Sequence record: NC_048821.1
Length of the DNA stretch: 64,000 nucleotides
Reading direction: 5' to 3' (one strand)
A model generated the notes under the pieces. It made no database searches. It was not told the DNA's origin and saw only the letters and a list, made by a program, of their open reading frames with translations. The translations under genes were made by a program, and so were the position numbers. Positions 1 to 9,327 of this stretch are shown in pieces (the first letter of the stretch is position 1; the number at the start of each line of letters is the position of its first letter).

Positions 1-504
1 AATGCCATAAGACCGGAGCTTGGGTTTGAAGCGCATTTCTATCCAACTAAAAGAGAGAAAGTGGAAGAGTTTGTTAAAAGCATTGACGGGGAGGAGTTGG
101 AAATCTTTGCTTTCCGTGAAGGTCGTCAACGTCCAGCCTACGCTAAACCTCACATGCAACAATACTTCGGAAAGCGTGTCTACACGTTCCGTGGTGTGAA
201 TACTGACTCTCATTACTTGGACATTAACTTGTTGGGTGAACAGATCATCGACATTTGTTTGCAACAACAATTAACTACGTCTGAAGACCGTGTCAAGTTT
301 GATATGGGTCTGTTACGTGATCTATTGTTTGGATTCGAATACGAAGAGATGCAATTAGCTTCACAAGTGTATTCACCGGAGATGTTTAACTCTATCGTAT
401 CAGCGAGCAAAGAGTTCTCCAAAGTGAACGCATTGAGTTACAAAATCCAATCGGATTCTGTTCAACCTAAAGTTTCATACAAGTGGTTGCAACAACCAGC
501 ATGA
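1..504 (+). CDS. Hypothetical protein, 5'-truncated by the window edge
   Basis: The frame of ORF 61..504 is open from base 1; its stop overlaps the next ATG (ATGA at 501-504). Confidence 0.7.
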   Translation, partial: NAIRPELGFEAHFYPTKREKVEEFVKSIDGEELEIFAFREGRQRPAYAKPHMQQYFGKRVYTFRGVNTDSHYLDINLLGEQIIDICLQQQLTTSEDRVKFDMGLLRDLLFGFEYEEMQLASQVYSPEMFNSIVSASKEFSKVNALSYKIQSDSVQPKVSYKWLQQPA

Positions 505-983
505 CTTTAATGTGGATGGGATTATTGGTCGTGGTTTTAGTGGGGGCGGGGATACACGCCCTCAATACTAAATACCATGGTGTTGGTGACTTTTATTACG
601 TTACCTTGAGGACAGAGGAAGCCGGAAGATTGGTGCTCAATTTCGAGTGCTCTGACTCCAACAAGTCTTTCTCTTTAGTGTTAATTTCTAATGGATTAGA
701 AAACGTCTTAGATGAAGAATTGAACACCAGCAGTGACTCGTCCACTACTTATTTGAGTTACTACACTGGTAAACATTTCTACACGGGTATCATGAACCAG
801 ATTCAAACGTGTCTCTATCTAAGTAGAGGAGACCGTCAACTGAAAGAAAGGTTATTGATAGTCCATGATCTAATCGCTCTAATCTATCGTCAGCAAGACA
901 CGATGCGAATCACTGATAAAGGTAACTTTGAAGTGGGGTATCGTGCAGCTAGGTGTATCAAGGCTTTAGGGAGAATACCATGA
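501..983 (+). CDS. Hypothetical protein with N-terminal transmembrane helix
   Basis: ATGA coupling at 501; hydrophobic stretch LMWMGLLVVVLVGAGI. Confidence 0.7.
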   Translation: MTLMWMGLLVVVLVGAGIHALNTKYHGVGDFYYVTLRTEEAGRLVLNFECSDSNKSFSLVLISNGLENVLDEELNTSSDSSTTYLSYYTGKHFYTGIMNQIQTCLYLSRGDRQLKERLLIVHDLIALIYRQQDTMRITDKGNFEVGYRAARCIKALGRIP

Positions 984-1498
984 TCTTTGTATTAACGTTT
1001 ATCACATTACTGACCGTCGGGTCTTTATTTTCAGCAGATCAATACCAACCAATTTACATTTTTATGATCTTAGTAGTTTCAGCAGGATGGTGCATTATGA
1101 AACTACTCGACAATAAATCTCAAAAGCGTTTCCGCGTTAACGCCGTTCGTAAGGATGACGTAACTCGTTTTGAGATTTATGATCATAACGACAAGGTTAA
1201 GTTCGTACTAGTCGTTATGGAGAACACGGAGGGGTATAGTTTATTAGAACGAGATTATCATTCTTTAAACTCTTTAACTTGGTGCACTCCTAATCAAGAA
1301 CGCGACTCTTTGAATTTAGTCAAACTCCTTAGTTCATTGGACGAGTCGGAGCGCAATACCGTCACTGAACAATTCTTTAACTTACTGTTGGTGCTGACCC
1401 ACCAAAAACCCGTCATCAGTCATACTTGTTATGAAGACTACTCGATCTCTGAATCCGCAAAAGAACAGTTTGCGAGTTCGCTTCGTCTGGCTCTTTAA
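980..1498 (+). CDS. Hypothetical membrane protein with two N-terminal hydrophobic segments
   Basis: RBS GGAGA and ATG at 980 overlapping the upstream stop; IFVLTFITLLTVGSLF and IYIFMILVVSAGWCI segments. Confidence 0.7.
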   Translation: MIFVLTFITLLTVGSLFSADQYQPIYIFMILVVSAGWCIMKLLDNKSQKRFRVNAVRKDDVTRFEIYDHNDKVKFVLVVMENTEGYSLLERDYHSLNSLTWCTPNQERDSLNLVKLLSSLDESERNTVTEQFFNLLLVLTHQKPVISHTCYEDYSISESAKEQFASSLRLAL

Positions 1499-1536
1499 TA
1501 AGCGCTGATGTTCAATATACTCAGAAGGAAACAATA

Positions 1537-2013
1537 ATGAAAAGTAAATTCTCTTGTTTATTACTCATGTGCATCAGCATGGCTGTGTCAGCAGACTACG
1601 TTGTACTGGATCAAACCTCCACACAAAAATGGGAGTATAATCCAGGTAAGGACGCTTTCACCTACCAATTCAATTATCAAGTTAATCGTTCATTGGAATT
1701 GAGTTTCTTTTGTGACCCTATCCAGGGTGAAGGGAAATTTAAATTAATACTGGATGGGCGTATATATGAAGAGAAAGATTTGGGTAAGTTGTATGGCTAT
1801 GATTCGTACTACGACTTGGCTCAGAACATGGGGTTCGCTCCAGGTGAATGGAACTACGGTGACTTCGCTCATTTCTTCGCACAATACGAAACCATATGGT
1901 TTACTGATAAGGATGGGAAGGAACTCACTTCTTTCCCCAACGACAACAGGATGGCGGCTAATGAACTTTTCTCATTCAGAAAAGAGTGTCGTGCAGTTGT
2001 GCTAGATAAATAA
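1537..2013 (+). CDS. Secreted/periplasmic hypothetical protein
   Basis: RBS AGGAA; Sec-type signal MKSKFSCLLLMCISMAVSA|D. Confidence 0.7.
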   Translation: MKSKFSCLLLMCISMAVSADYVVLDQTSTQKWEYNPGKDAFTYQFNYQVNRSLELSFFCDPIQGEGKFKLILDGRIYEEKDLGKLYGYDSYYDLAQNMGFAPGEWNYGDFAHFFAQYETIWFTDKDGKELTSFPNDNRMAANELFSFRKECRAVVLDK

Positions 2014-2033
2014 TAATTAAAAAGGCTGATGTA

Positions 2034-2064
2034 GGGAGGTGGGTTATCCACCTCCCGTTCTTTT
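2034..2064 (+). terminator. Intrinsic terminator
   Basis: GGGAGGTGG-gttat-CCACCTCCC followed by a T-rich tract. Confidence 0.7.
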
Positions 2065-2091
2065 ACACTTTATTTTTTTACTAAATATTAT

Positions 2092-2107
2092 TAAATCTAT
2101 ATTATCA
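2092..2107 (+). promoter_or_regulatory. Putative phiKZ-type early promoter variant (AAATCTATATTATC)
   Basis: Resembles the TATATTAC early motif; lies after a terminator and before a new operon; similar to 10222-10235. Confidence 0.4.
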
Positions 2108-2144
2108 AAGTGTTATGAGACTTAGTTTTCTTAAGGAAGCAACT

Positions 2145-2936
2145 ATGAAAGAACGCATCGACAAATATCAAGCCAGGTTTTTATGGTTAGCTGAGCAAGC
2201 TGGAATTACCGTTAATAAACCTATTGTAGGTTTTTGCACATCAAGTATTAACAAGAACGACTCCGCACACAATCTAGAACATGTGTTAGCGGTTGTAAAG
2301 CTCGGGGTGGAGCTAGGAATAAAGAAGGGATACTACGGCACCAAAGAAATGCTAATCGTCTACTACGGATGTTTGATGCACGATTTAGGTTGCCGTTGGG
2401 ATAGAGCTTCGCATCATGTGGAGTCCGCTATATTAGCAGAGGAATTACTAACTTCATTTGGTGGTAAGGAATTAACTGGGGAACAAATAGCACAAGTGGG
2501 ACTGTGTTGTTTGGAACACCGCAGTAGTTATAAAGGTGGTCCGACTACGGAACTTAGTACCTTGGTGGCTTTAGCGGACCGAGGTAAACCTAACTTTCCT
2601 TTATACGTAATGCGGAGTTTCTTGTTTCGTTGTAAGGAAGAGTTGACCCAACGTCAAATGACTAACGAGATCTACAACCACTTGTTAGAAAAGTTTGGTC
2701 GTTCGGAAGGTTATAACTGGGATAGCTATCCTAGTAGTGGATTGGATTTGTTTGCTGAAGATTGGCGGACTTTTGATCGACTACTCCTACGCAAAAACGT
2801 AAATTCATTAGTCAATACCTACACTGAACAGTACAACCGAACGGGATTAGTTCGTCCGGTTGAGCACATAGACACCCACTACATGGGGTTGTGGGGTAAA
2901 CGTAATAATGACCGTAAGATACGGTTTAAGGGATAA
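2145..2936 (+). CDS. HD-domain metal-dependent phosphohydrolase
   Basis: Motifs HNLEH, LMHDLG, HHVES, EH, LAD; start moved to 2145 behind RBS AAGGAAG. Confidence 0.8.
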   Translation: MKERIDKYQARFLWLAEQAGITVNKPIVGFCTSSINKNDSAHNLEHVLAVVKLGVELGIKKGYYGTKEMLIVYYGCLMHDLGCRWDRASHHVESAILAEELLTSFGGKELTGEQIAQVGLCCLEHRSSYKGGPTTELSTLVALADRGKPNFPLYVMRSFLFRCKEELTQRQMTNEIYNHLLEKFGRSEGYNWDSYPSSGLDLFAEDWRTFDRLLLRKNVNSLVNTYTEQYNRTGLVRPVEHIDTHYMGLWGKRNNDRKIRFKG

Positions 2937-2939
2937 AGA

Positions 2940-3848
2940 GTGATTTATACAAACTTCAAAGAACTGGGCCAGCGTGTACTTAATGAAGGTGAGGTTATCC
3001 ATAACCAACGCACTGGTAAAAACTGCCTTACGGTAATTAATGCGGACCTAACGTATCATAATGACTTAGGCGCTGTACCAGCTAATACTCTTCGCCAATC
3101 ACCTTTCTATTTAGGTGTTGGTGAACTATTAGGTTACTGGAAGGGGTTAATGAATGCCGCGGATTTTCGTGCTTTGATGACTAAGTCTTGGGATGCGAAT
3201 GCCAACGAAAATAAAGCGTGGTTAAATAACCCCAACCGTCTTGGTGAAGATGACATGGGTGTGGTTTACGGTGCAGTTGCCAACCATTGGCCGATCATGG
3301 AGTTTGTGAATCGGTCAGCGCGCATTAAGGATGACGGTACTTTAGATTTACGTCATTCTGGCGAAATTGATATACTGCACAAGATCTATACGGATTTAAG
3401 TAATGGTCTGGATGATCGTGGTGAGATCCTTAACTTCTGGAATCCGGGGATGTTTGATTTAGGATGTTTACGTCCTTGTATGTATTCCCACCACTGGTCA
3501 CTGGTAAACGATAACATGTACCTGAACTCAACGCAACGCTCAGCGGATTTAGGATTGGGCGTAAGCTCCAACATGATTCAAGTTTTCTTGAGCAATGCGC
3601 TGATGGCACAGATTACAGGTCATCATGCTAAAGAGTCTTATCATAAGCTGGTTAACGTACATTTGTATGAAGACCAAATTGACCTGTTCCGTGGTGAGAT
3701 GGAGCGAGAACCTTTGGAAGCACCTACGTTGTGGATTAACCCAGACATTAAAACGCTGGAGGACGTTCGCACTTGGGTAACTCCTAAAGACTTCAAGCTT
3801 ATCGACTACAAGCATCACGACAAAATCGTGTATCCGTTTACCGTTTAG
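2940..3848 (+). CDS. thyA: Thymidylate synthase
   Basis: RTG N-terminal motif, LRPCM catalytic Cys, QRSADLGLG..N, HLYEDQ, C-terminal YPFTV. Confidence 0.97.
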   Translation: MIYTNFKELGQRVLNEGEVIHNQRTGKNCLTVINADLTYHNDLGAVPANTLRQSPFYLGVGELLGYWKGLMNAADFRALMTKSWDANANENKAWLNNPNRLGEDDMGVVYGAVANHWPIMEFVNRSARIKDDGTLDLRHSGEIDILHKIYTDLSNGLDDRGEILNFWNPGMFDLGCLRPCMYSHHWSLVNDNMYLNSTQRSADLGLGVSSNMIQVFLSNALMAQITGHHAKESYHKLVNVHLYEDQIDLFRGEMEREPLEAPTLWINPDIKTLEDVRTWVTPKDFKLIDYKHHDKIVYPFTV

Positions 3849-3860
3849 TTGATTAAATCA

Positions 3861-3893
3861 GGTGGGTCCTTCGGGACCCACTCCTTTTTTGCA
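3861..3893 (+). terminator. Intrinsic terminator with cUUCGg loop
   Basis: GTGGGTCC-TTCG-GGACCCAC then TCCTTTTTTGCA. Confidence 0.85.
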
Positions 3894-3920
3894 CTTTAAA
3901 AATTTATTAAGGATGTTTCC

Positions 3921-4370
3921 ATGCAAACTGAACCAAATAAGTTTGAATCAGAAAAGATTCGTTATCAAAGAAACAAAAAGTCAATTCTGGAACGCTGCGA
4001 TGTTTCATGTCGGGAGGTCATCCAGTCATTAAACCAATGTTGTTATCTGGGGACAAGATACTGCTGTGAGGGACATGAGACTAACGACAATGTAGTTTAT
4101 TCCATCCAAATGGTTTACCGTAATGAAGCATTTGAAAAACTTATTATGTTGTATCACCTGCTCACTGATGCTTTTGACGAACCCAATGTCGTTGAAATGA
4201 AGTTTGCAAGAAAAAGAACAACAGTCAGCAACAATAATGCCCTGCACGTAGTTACCTTCTTTGTACGTCGTGATACTTACAAGAAACCTAGCGCTGATGA
4301 AGTCTCTCAAATTTTCATGAATTGGATTGAGACTTACCGTGTTAGCGAACCGACTCATTTCTATTCATGA
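3921..4370 (+). CDS. Hypothetical protein with a TYW3/Taw3-like (T..CCEGH) motif
   Basis: VIQSLNQCCYLGTRYCCEGHE recalls the LN..G..T..SC.GH motif; RBS AAGGA. Confidence 0.45.
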   Translation: MQTEPNKFESEKIRYQRNKKSILERCDVSCREVIQSLNQCCYLGTRYCCEGHETNDNVVYSIQMVYRNEAFEKLIMLYHLLTDAFDEPNVVEMKFARKRTTVSNNNALHVVTFFVRRDTYKKPSADEVSQIFMNWIETYRVSEPTHFYS

Positions 4371-4376
4371 GGTTAA

Positions 4377-5015
4377 ATGATGAAAAATTTCTACATGCAA
4401 ATAAACGACGACAACTTCCGTGTTCAGTTTACTTCCGACCGAGACAGTTATTGGACTTGCGAAACCAGAGGTGGGAAACCCGTCTGGAGAGATAAGCTGA
4501 AATATCATCCGGAAGAAGGTGAACCCGAACGGGTGATGTTCGGTAGTCGACTGCTGTACGATAACGTTATGGATTTGTCATGTAACGACATGCTAGATGC
4601 TGCCAAAGTTTTTGGTCTCGATGAATTGAAACCGGGCACTTACAAGATCCGACCTCCTGGTTGTTATTTCTACGAGGTAGGTTTAACTTATTGGTATGGC
4701 ATTACTGAATCGGGCCGAGTCATAGCAGTGACGCTATCTAAATCTAACTTGACCATTGAAGAATATGATAAAGAAGGGAACTACTTTATCGACCCGGATA
4801 ATGAAGGCACGCGTGTGGCTGAAGCGGTTGGGATTTTCTCTGCCGAGGAAACGCTACTTTGGGTGATGATGGTCGTCATGCGACCTGAGGTACCTAAGAT
4901 GTTAAAAAGTTATTATCGTCCTGACGACACTATATCTATCCATACGGTAAATTACAGTGAAGGTCTGATCGAGGAATGGGTCGGTAAATTTGAAAAAGCA
5001 TTGGAGGAATTGTAA
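4377..5015 (+). CDS. Module gene A1, hypothetical (paralogue of 5726..6370)
   Basis: Shares PVW..EEG.PE.V..G and W.G.T..G..... L motifs with A2; TAATG-coupled to B1. Confidence 0.8.
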   Translation: MMKNFYMQINDDNFRVQFTSDRDSYWTCETRGGKPVWRDKLKYHPEEGEPERVMFGSRLLYDNVMDLSCNDMLDAAKVFGLDELKPGTYKIRPPGCYFYEVGLTYWYGITESGRVIAVTLSKSNLTIEEYDKEGNYFIDPDNEGTRVAEAVGIFSAEETLLWVMMVVMRPEVPKMLKSYYRPDDTISIHTVNYSEGLIEEWVGKFEKALEEL

Positions 5016-5722
5016 TGACCATCGTCGTTTTCCATAAAGGTACTTTCATGGCCGATTCATTAAGTCGTCACGGTGCCGAATTAGAAGCAGAACATCGAGG
5101 TCGAGAGGCTTCCAAATCACATCTTAAGATTTATCCGGTTCCTGAAGACGTGCCTAAGTTTGATGACGGAAGCGGTACGTTAAAGACTCCGGACTTCATG
5201 GGTTCAGCTGGATCGACTTTCGCTATTCGGGTGACTACACTTTTTTTAAGTGACTTGTTGACTCCGTTCGGACTAACTAATTTCGTTCCCGGAACTTATA
5301 ACTTACAAACCTGCAATTTACAAGTAAACACTAATCGTGTTGCATGGTTTTTATTCCGGGTAGGTGAACAATGTTTCCGGGTTGAATACGAAGGGAACAA
5401 ACTCATCATCGGTGAATTAAAAGACGCCGACATCATTGGGAGTGCCAAGGGTTCATATAACTTTTTATTGAAAGTGTTGTATGACACCTTTAATCCTCCG
5501 CTTAATAAGAAGTTTGTTGCGTTGAACTTTTTGTTGTTGTCGGGCATCGACGAAACCATTGGTGGTGATCTTTGGGTGGTAAACAAAGGTGAAAGAGAAA
5601 TTACCGCGTCATCTCCCAAACTTAGTGATAAAGTTAAAAAGAAACTGGTCAAGGATTATCGTGAGAATTTGTACAAAAAAGCTAATCTCACTTTACCTGT
5701 TGAAGAAAAGAAAGAGGATTAA
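5015..5722 (+). CDS. Module gene B1, proteasome-beta/HslV-like Ntn (Thr) hydrolase
   Basis: M-T1 start, MADS (D13), HLKI (K37), MGSAG, IGSA, D..IGG match the order of Ntn-protease catalytic motifs. Confidence 0.65.
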   Translation: MTIVVFHKGTFMADSLSRHGAELEAEHRGREASKSHLKIYPVPEDVPKFDDGSGTLKTPDFMGSAGSTFAIRVTTLFLSDLLTPFGLTNFVPGTYNLQTCNLQVNTNRVAWFLFRVGEQCFRVEYEGNKLIIGELKDADIIGSAKGSYNFLLKVLYDTFNPPLNKKFVALNFLLLSGIDETIGGDLWVVNKGEREITASSPKLSDKVKKKLVKDYRENLYKKANLTLPVEEKKED

Positions 5723-5725
5723 ACA

Positions 5726-6370
5726 ATGTCCATAATCAGTGTAGACAGAAGCGGGTTCATGGTTACCGCCGTTACTGAGCGCGGTCCCTTTTGGTGCATG
5801 ACGACTTCCGCTAGTCGCCCTGTCTGGAGCAAAGACTTCCCTATTGAACGTGAGGAAGGCGTACCAGAACATGTGATTTATGGTGCGGCTTACGACGATG
5901 GTGAAGGGAAAGATTTTTCTTCTAATGAATTTTACGACATCATGTGGTTGTATCAAGTTGAAAAGTTAGAGGAAGGGACGTATCCACTCCGTCACCCACT
6001 TATGGTGCACAGTAAGATGGGAGAGCATCGCTGGGCTGGTTTAACTAACAAAGGTACTTTAGTTACCTTAAAACTTAACGACAGAAATTTGGAGATTAAG
6101 TTTTACGATGTTAGCGACGGTGGCAGTTATCTCATTGACAATGACCAAGAGAAAGGTCTTCCGATCGCAAGCGAAGTTGTTGGGGTTATAGACGGTCCCG
6201 AAAGTTTGCAATGGGGGATGTTAGCTAGCCTCAGAAAGGACACCCCTAAGTTAGCCAAGGTGTTTTCTACTGATCGAGACATAAGTGTTGTAATGTCCAT
6301 GAATCCAAAACCTGAAACATTAGATAGTTGGGTGACTGCTCTGGATGAAAAGCTAGGAGAATTAGTATGA
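5726..6370 (+). CDS. Module gene A2, hypothetical (paralogue of 4377..5015)
   Basis: Motif sharing with A1; ATGA-coupled to B2. Confidence 0.8.
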   Translation: MSIISVDRSGFMVTAVTERGPFWCMTTSASRPVWSKDFPIEREEGVPEHVIYGAAYDDGEGKDFSSNEFYDIMWLYQVEKLEEGTYPLRHPLMVHSKMGEHRWAGLTNKGTLVTLKLNDRNLEIKFYDVSDGGSYLIDNDQEKGLPIASEVVGVIDGPESLQWGMLASLRKDTPKLAKVFSTDRDISVVMSMNPKPETLDSWVTALDEKLGELV

Positions 6371-7083
6371 CTTTAGTTGTTGGATTTTTAGGTGACATGA
6401 TGGCTGATTCTAAGGCGATGAGCTGCGCCGAAGAGTTAGAACGTCGTCCTCGGGTTGCCACGCATGATCATCTTAAGATCATGCCCGCACCTAACTTGAC
6501 CCCTCCTTATGTTGATGAAGAAGGAACAGAGCATGTTCCAGACTTTATGGGAGTGGCAGGGAACACTAATGCAGTAGAGATGCTTAAGTTAGACCCCACG
6601 GATATGTTAGGTTTGTTTGGTTTGGAGAAATTCATTCCTGGTGAATACAACATGTCTTTGATCAATTTTAACATGGATACTGACATCTCTTTAAAAGTCA
6701 TGTTCCGTGTTGGTGAGAAATTCTTTACCGTGGGATTTGACGGTTCTTCTTTGGAGATCTCTAAATTAACCAACTATGTTTCTATGGGTAGTGGTGCTGG
6801 ACCTTTCCGCGTCCTAACTAAGATGCTCTTTGATGACAAGGGGGTGACAGGTCAAGATCTCGCGACTACCTTTAAACTACTCATGTTATCAGGTGCGGAT
6901 GTAACCGTAGGAGGAAAATTCCAATTCCTGTTATCCGGAAAGGATAACGTTTTTAGCGAGACACCTAAGATCACTCAAGAAGACCGAGAGAAATTAGTAA
7001 AGCGTTACAAAGAGACGCTTTACAAACTAAGCGGTCACGAACTCCCTAAAGAAGCGGAAGAGGAAAAGATTGAGAAGGAGTAG
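6367..7083 (+). CDS. Module gene B2, proteasome-beta/HslV-like Ntn (Thr) hydrolase
   Basis: MTLVV..MADS, HLKI (K36), MGVAGN, SMGSGA, D.TVGG; clear paralogue of B1. Confidence 0.7.
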   Translation: MTLVVGFLGDMMADSKAMSCAEELERRPRVATHDHLKIMPAPNLTPPYVDEEGTEHVPDFMGVAGNTNAVEMLKLDPTDMLGLFGLEKFIPGEYNMSLINFNMDTDISLKVMFRVGEKFFTVGFDGSSLEISKLTNYVSMGSGAGPFRVLTKMLFDDKGVTGQDLATTFKLLMLSGADVTVGGKFQFLLSGKDNVFSETPKITQEDREKLVKRYKETLYKLSGHELPKEAEEEKIEKE

Positions 7084-7086
7084 GGT

Positions 7087-7656
7087 ATGAAGGAAAACAC
7101 CATCAAGTTGGTGTTACTGGACGTGATCAAAGCTTACCACTCATACCTTGGAAACGAGGTATGGGAGGAAACCCTATTGAAAGCCAACAATGGGGATTGC
7201 ATCTGGATAGCTCAACTTACGGCGTATGTGCTCAGACATGCGTTTGATTTTTCGATAGACATACAGAGTTCCCCTCACCATACATTCTTAGTGTATGACG
7301 GAAAGGTTTACGATTCTCTTAACTTTAACGGCGGAGATGTATTCAGTCTCCCCTTTTACGGAGTATCAAGTAAATGTCGAAAGGAAGTTTCTCCTCTGGA
7401 TTACTTTCATTTGGAACCTTGGGATGAAGATATCTATTCGGTAATTCACCATGTATGTAATCATTATGGAATAATCCCCATGGGGAACGTGGGGTATGAT
7501 TTTGGGAATCCTAAACCCATCGCTATTATTAGTAGTGCGGAAGAACAAAATCGTTTAGAGATTATGGACATTGATGTTGAGTATCGAATTTCAGCTGGAT
7601 ACGAGACGGAACATGTGCATGTTGTTGAAGTTAAAGATAATAACCTAGGTAATTAA
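7087..7656 (+). CDS. Papain/transglutaminase-like Cys-His-Asp protein
   Basis: NNGDC..A, PHHTF, YDGKVYDS; paralogous to the N-terminus of 8044..9306. Confidence 0.55.
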   Translation: MKENTIKLVLLDVIKAYHSYLGNEVWEETLLKANNGDCIWIAQLTAYVLRHAFDFSIDIQSSPHHTFLVYDGKVYDSLNFNGGDVFSLPFYGVSSKCRKEVSPLDYFHLEPWDEDIYSVIHHVCNHYGIIPMGNVGYDFGNPKPIAIISSAEEQNRLEIMDIDVEYRISAGYETEHVHVVEVKDNNLGN

Positions 7657-7658
7657 GA

Positions 7659-8051
7659 ATGTTGTTCACAGTCGGTGCGTTAATTAAAAATGCGGAAGGT
7701 AAACTATTGATCCAAAATCATAAAAAGATTGGTGGGTTAACCATCCCTAGTGGTAAATTGGATGATAACGAACGTGACGTGGTTGGACTGACCCGAGAAT
7801 TGAAAGAGGAATTGGGCGTAACAACCCTTTGGGTTGGTAAGCGTTTAGGTAAGTGGCGACAGACCTACGAGGGTTTAGGTGTTGTCGATCAAGCTCTATA
7901 CGAAGTGGTGTTAAACGAAGAACCTCGAAACATGGAACCAAACAAACACACTTCCCAAACTTGGATGTCCATTGAGGAGATCAAATCAAGTGGGGAGAAA
8001 CTCAGCGGATATTTAACTAAAGTTTTAGAACTGGAGAAAACAAATGAGTAA
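7659..8051 (+). CDS. Nudix hydrolase
   Basis: Nudix box GKLDDNERDVVGLTRELKEELGV (GX5EX7REUXEEXGU). Confidence 0.92.
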   Translation: MLFTVGALIKNAEGKLLIQNHKKIGGLTIPSGKLDDNERDVVGLTRELKEELGVTTLWVGKRLGKWRQTYEGLGVVDQALYEVVLNEEPRNMEPNKHTSQTWMSIEEIKSSGEKLSGYLTKVLELEKTNE

Positions 8052-9306
8052 ACAAATTAAAGAATTAATGTACCAACTGGTCGATTCATTCTCGATTATT
8101 GCTAACCTTAAACACCATAAAGCGGTTCAGTATTTGAACAGCGGGCATTGTTACGCGGTGGCGACGTTAGCACAACACATCTTAAAAGAGAAATATGACA
8201 TCACAGTGAACTTGAAGTCTCACCCACATCATAGTTTCTTTGAATATGACGGTGTCTACTACGATACTTTGTTTCCGGTAGGTTATCCACTACACCCTTC
8301 TGAGGTGTGGCGTATGGAAGAGGCTCGGTGTCGTAAGACTTTAGATGACTGGGCGTTTGGAGAGTGCATGATGGTTAACCCAGACCCAACTATCATCGCT
8401 TGGGTGGAGTACGTTACGGAAAGACTCGGAATCAGTCAACCTAAGTTTTACTGGGAGATGATAGAAACTTTCGAAGATCGTTCTACTTATGATAAGAAAG
8501 CAACTCGTAAAGTCTACCATCACAAACTAGGCAAGTACCGTCGTAAGGTTAAACGTTACCGTCTCCGAGCATGGAAGTTCCGTAACGTAGAATGGAAAAC
8601 GTTCATGATTGGTTGGATGGCGGAGTTTACCCCTTATCCGGAAGATCTTTGGGTGGATTTAGAAGTCATTGAATACGATAAGTGGGTGAAGAAAGTAATC
8701 TCTACCGTTTACCCTCCTTACGAAGAAGTGATGGAGAAGTGTTTTGGTGACGATGTCTTTGACTCCCCTAATGTTCAAGCGATGGGTCGATTAAGTGACA
8801 TCTGTACAGGTGGTGAAGTGGGGTTTAAGCGGGACAACCTTTGGGGTGTATGTGCCAGCACTGGTCTCGAGTTAAGTGCTTCTATGGAAGTGAAGTCTCC
8901 TGTGGGACCCCTAGAGGTTTCGGAGGAAGTGGATAAAATACTGGAAGACGCAGCACAGCACTTGAATGAGAAACACCAACAGTCTAGTTTCCCTCGTGGT
9001 TGTTCTGCTAACGTCAAAATGTACGATGATGCTTGTTATCAACATTACATGAATGCACGGTCTGAAGCCCCAGGTCTTTTGAACTTGACATGTCATCACT
9101 GGAAGGTAATCGACGAGGCTTGCAAAAGAATAAAGGACGGGGAAGTCTTTGATCCTAAAAGAGTGCTTACATTAGGTTCACCTGATAAACTAGAAGATGA
9201 TCCTAAACGTGTACTCTTTGCCGTCGAAGATAACGAGGGTAAAGTGAGCTACACGAGTGATCGAGAAGCGTGGTTAAATAGGGACTCCGGTGACTGCGAG
9301 GAATAA
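8044..9306 (+). CDS. Protein with N-terminal papain/transglutaminase-like domain and unknown C-terminal region
   Basis: NSGHC..A, PHHSF, YDGVYYDT; overlaps the Nudix stop. Confidence 0.55.
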   Translation: MSKQIKELMYQLVDSFSIIANLKHHKAVQYLNSGHCYAVATLAQHILKEKYDITVNLKSHPHHSFFEYDGVYYDTLFPVGYPLHPSEVWRMEEARCRKTLDDWAFGECMMVNPDPTIIAWVEYVTERLGISQPKFYWEMIETFEDRSTYDKKATRKVYHHKLGKYRRKVKRYRLRAWKFRNVEWKTFMIGWMAEFTPYPEDLWVDLEVIEYDKWVKKVISTVYPPYEEVMEKCFGDDVFDSPNVQAMGRLSDICTGGEVGFKRDNLWGVCASTGLELSASMEVKSPVGPLEVSEEVDKILEDAAQHLNEKHQQSSFPRGCSANVKMYDDACYQHYMNARSEAPGLLNLTCHHWKVIDEACKRIKDGEVFDPKRVLTLGSPDKLEDDPKRVLFAVEDNEGKVSYTSDREAWLNRDSGDCEE

Positions 9307-9327
9307 CATCGTATGTAAGGAGAATCT

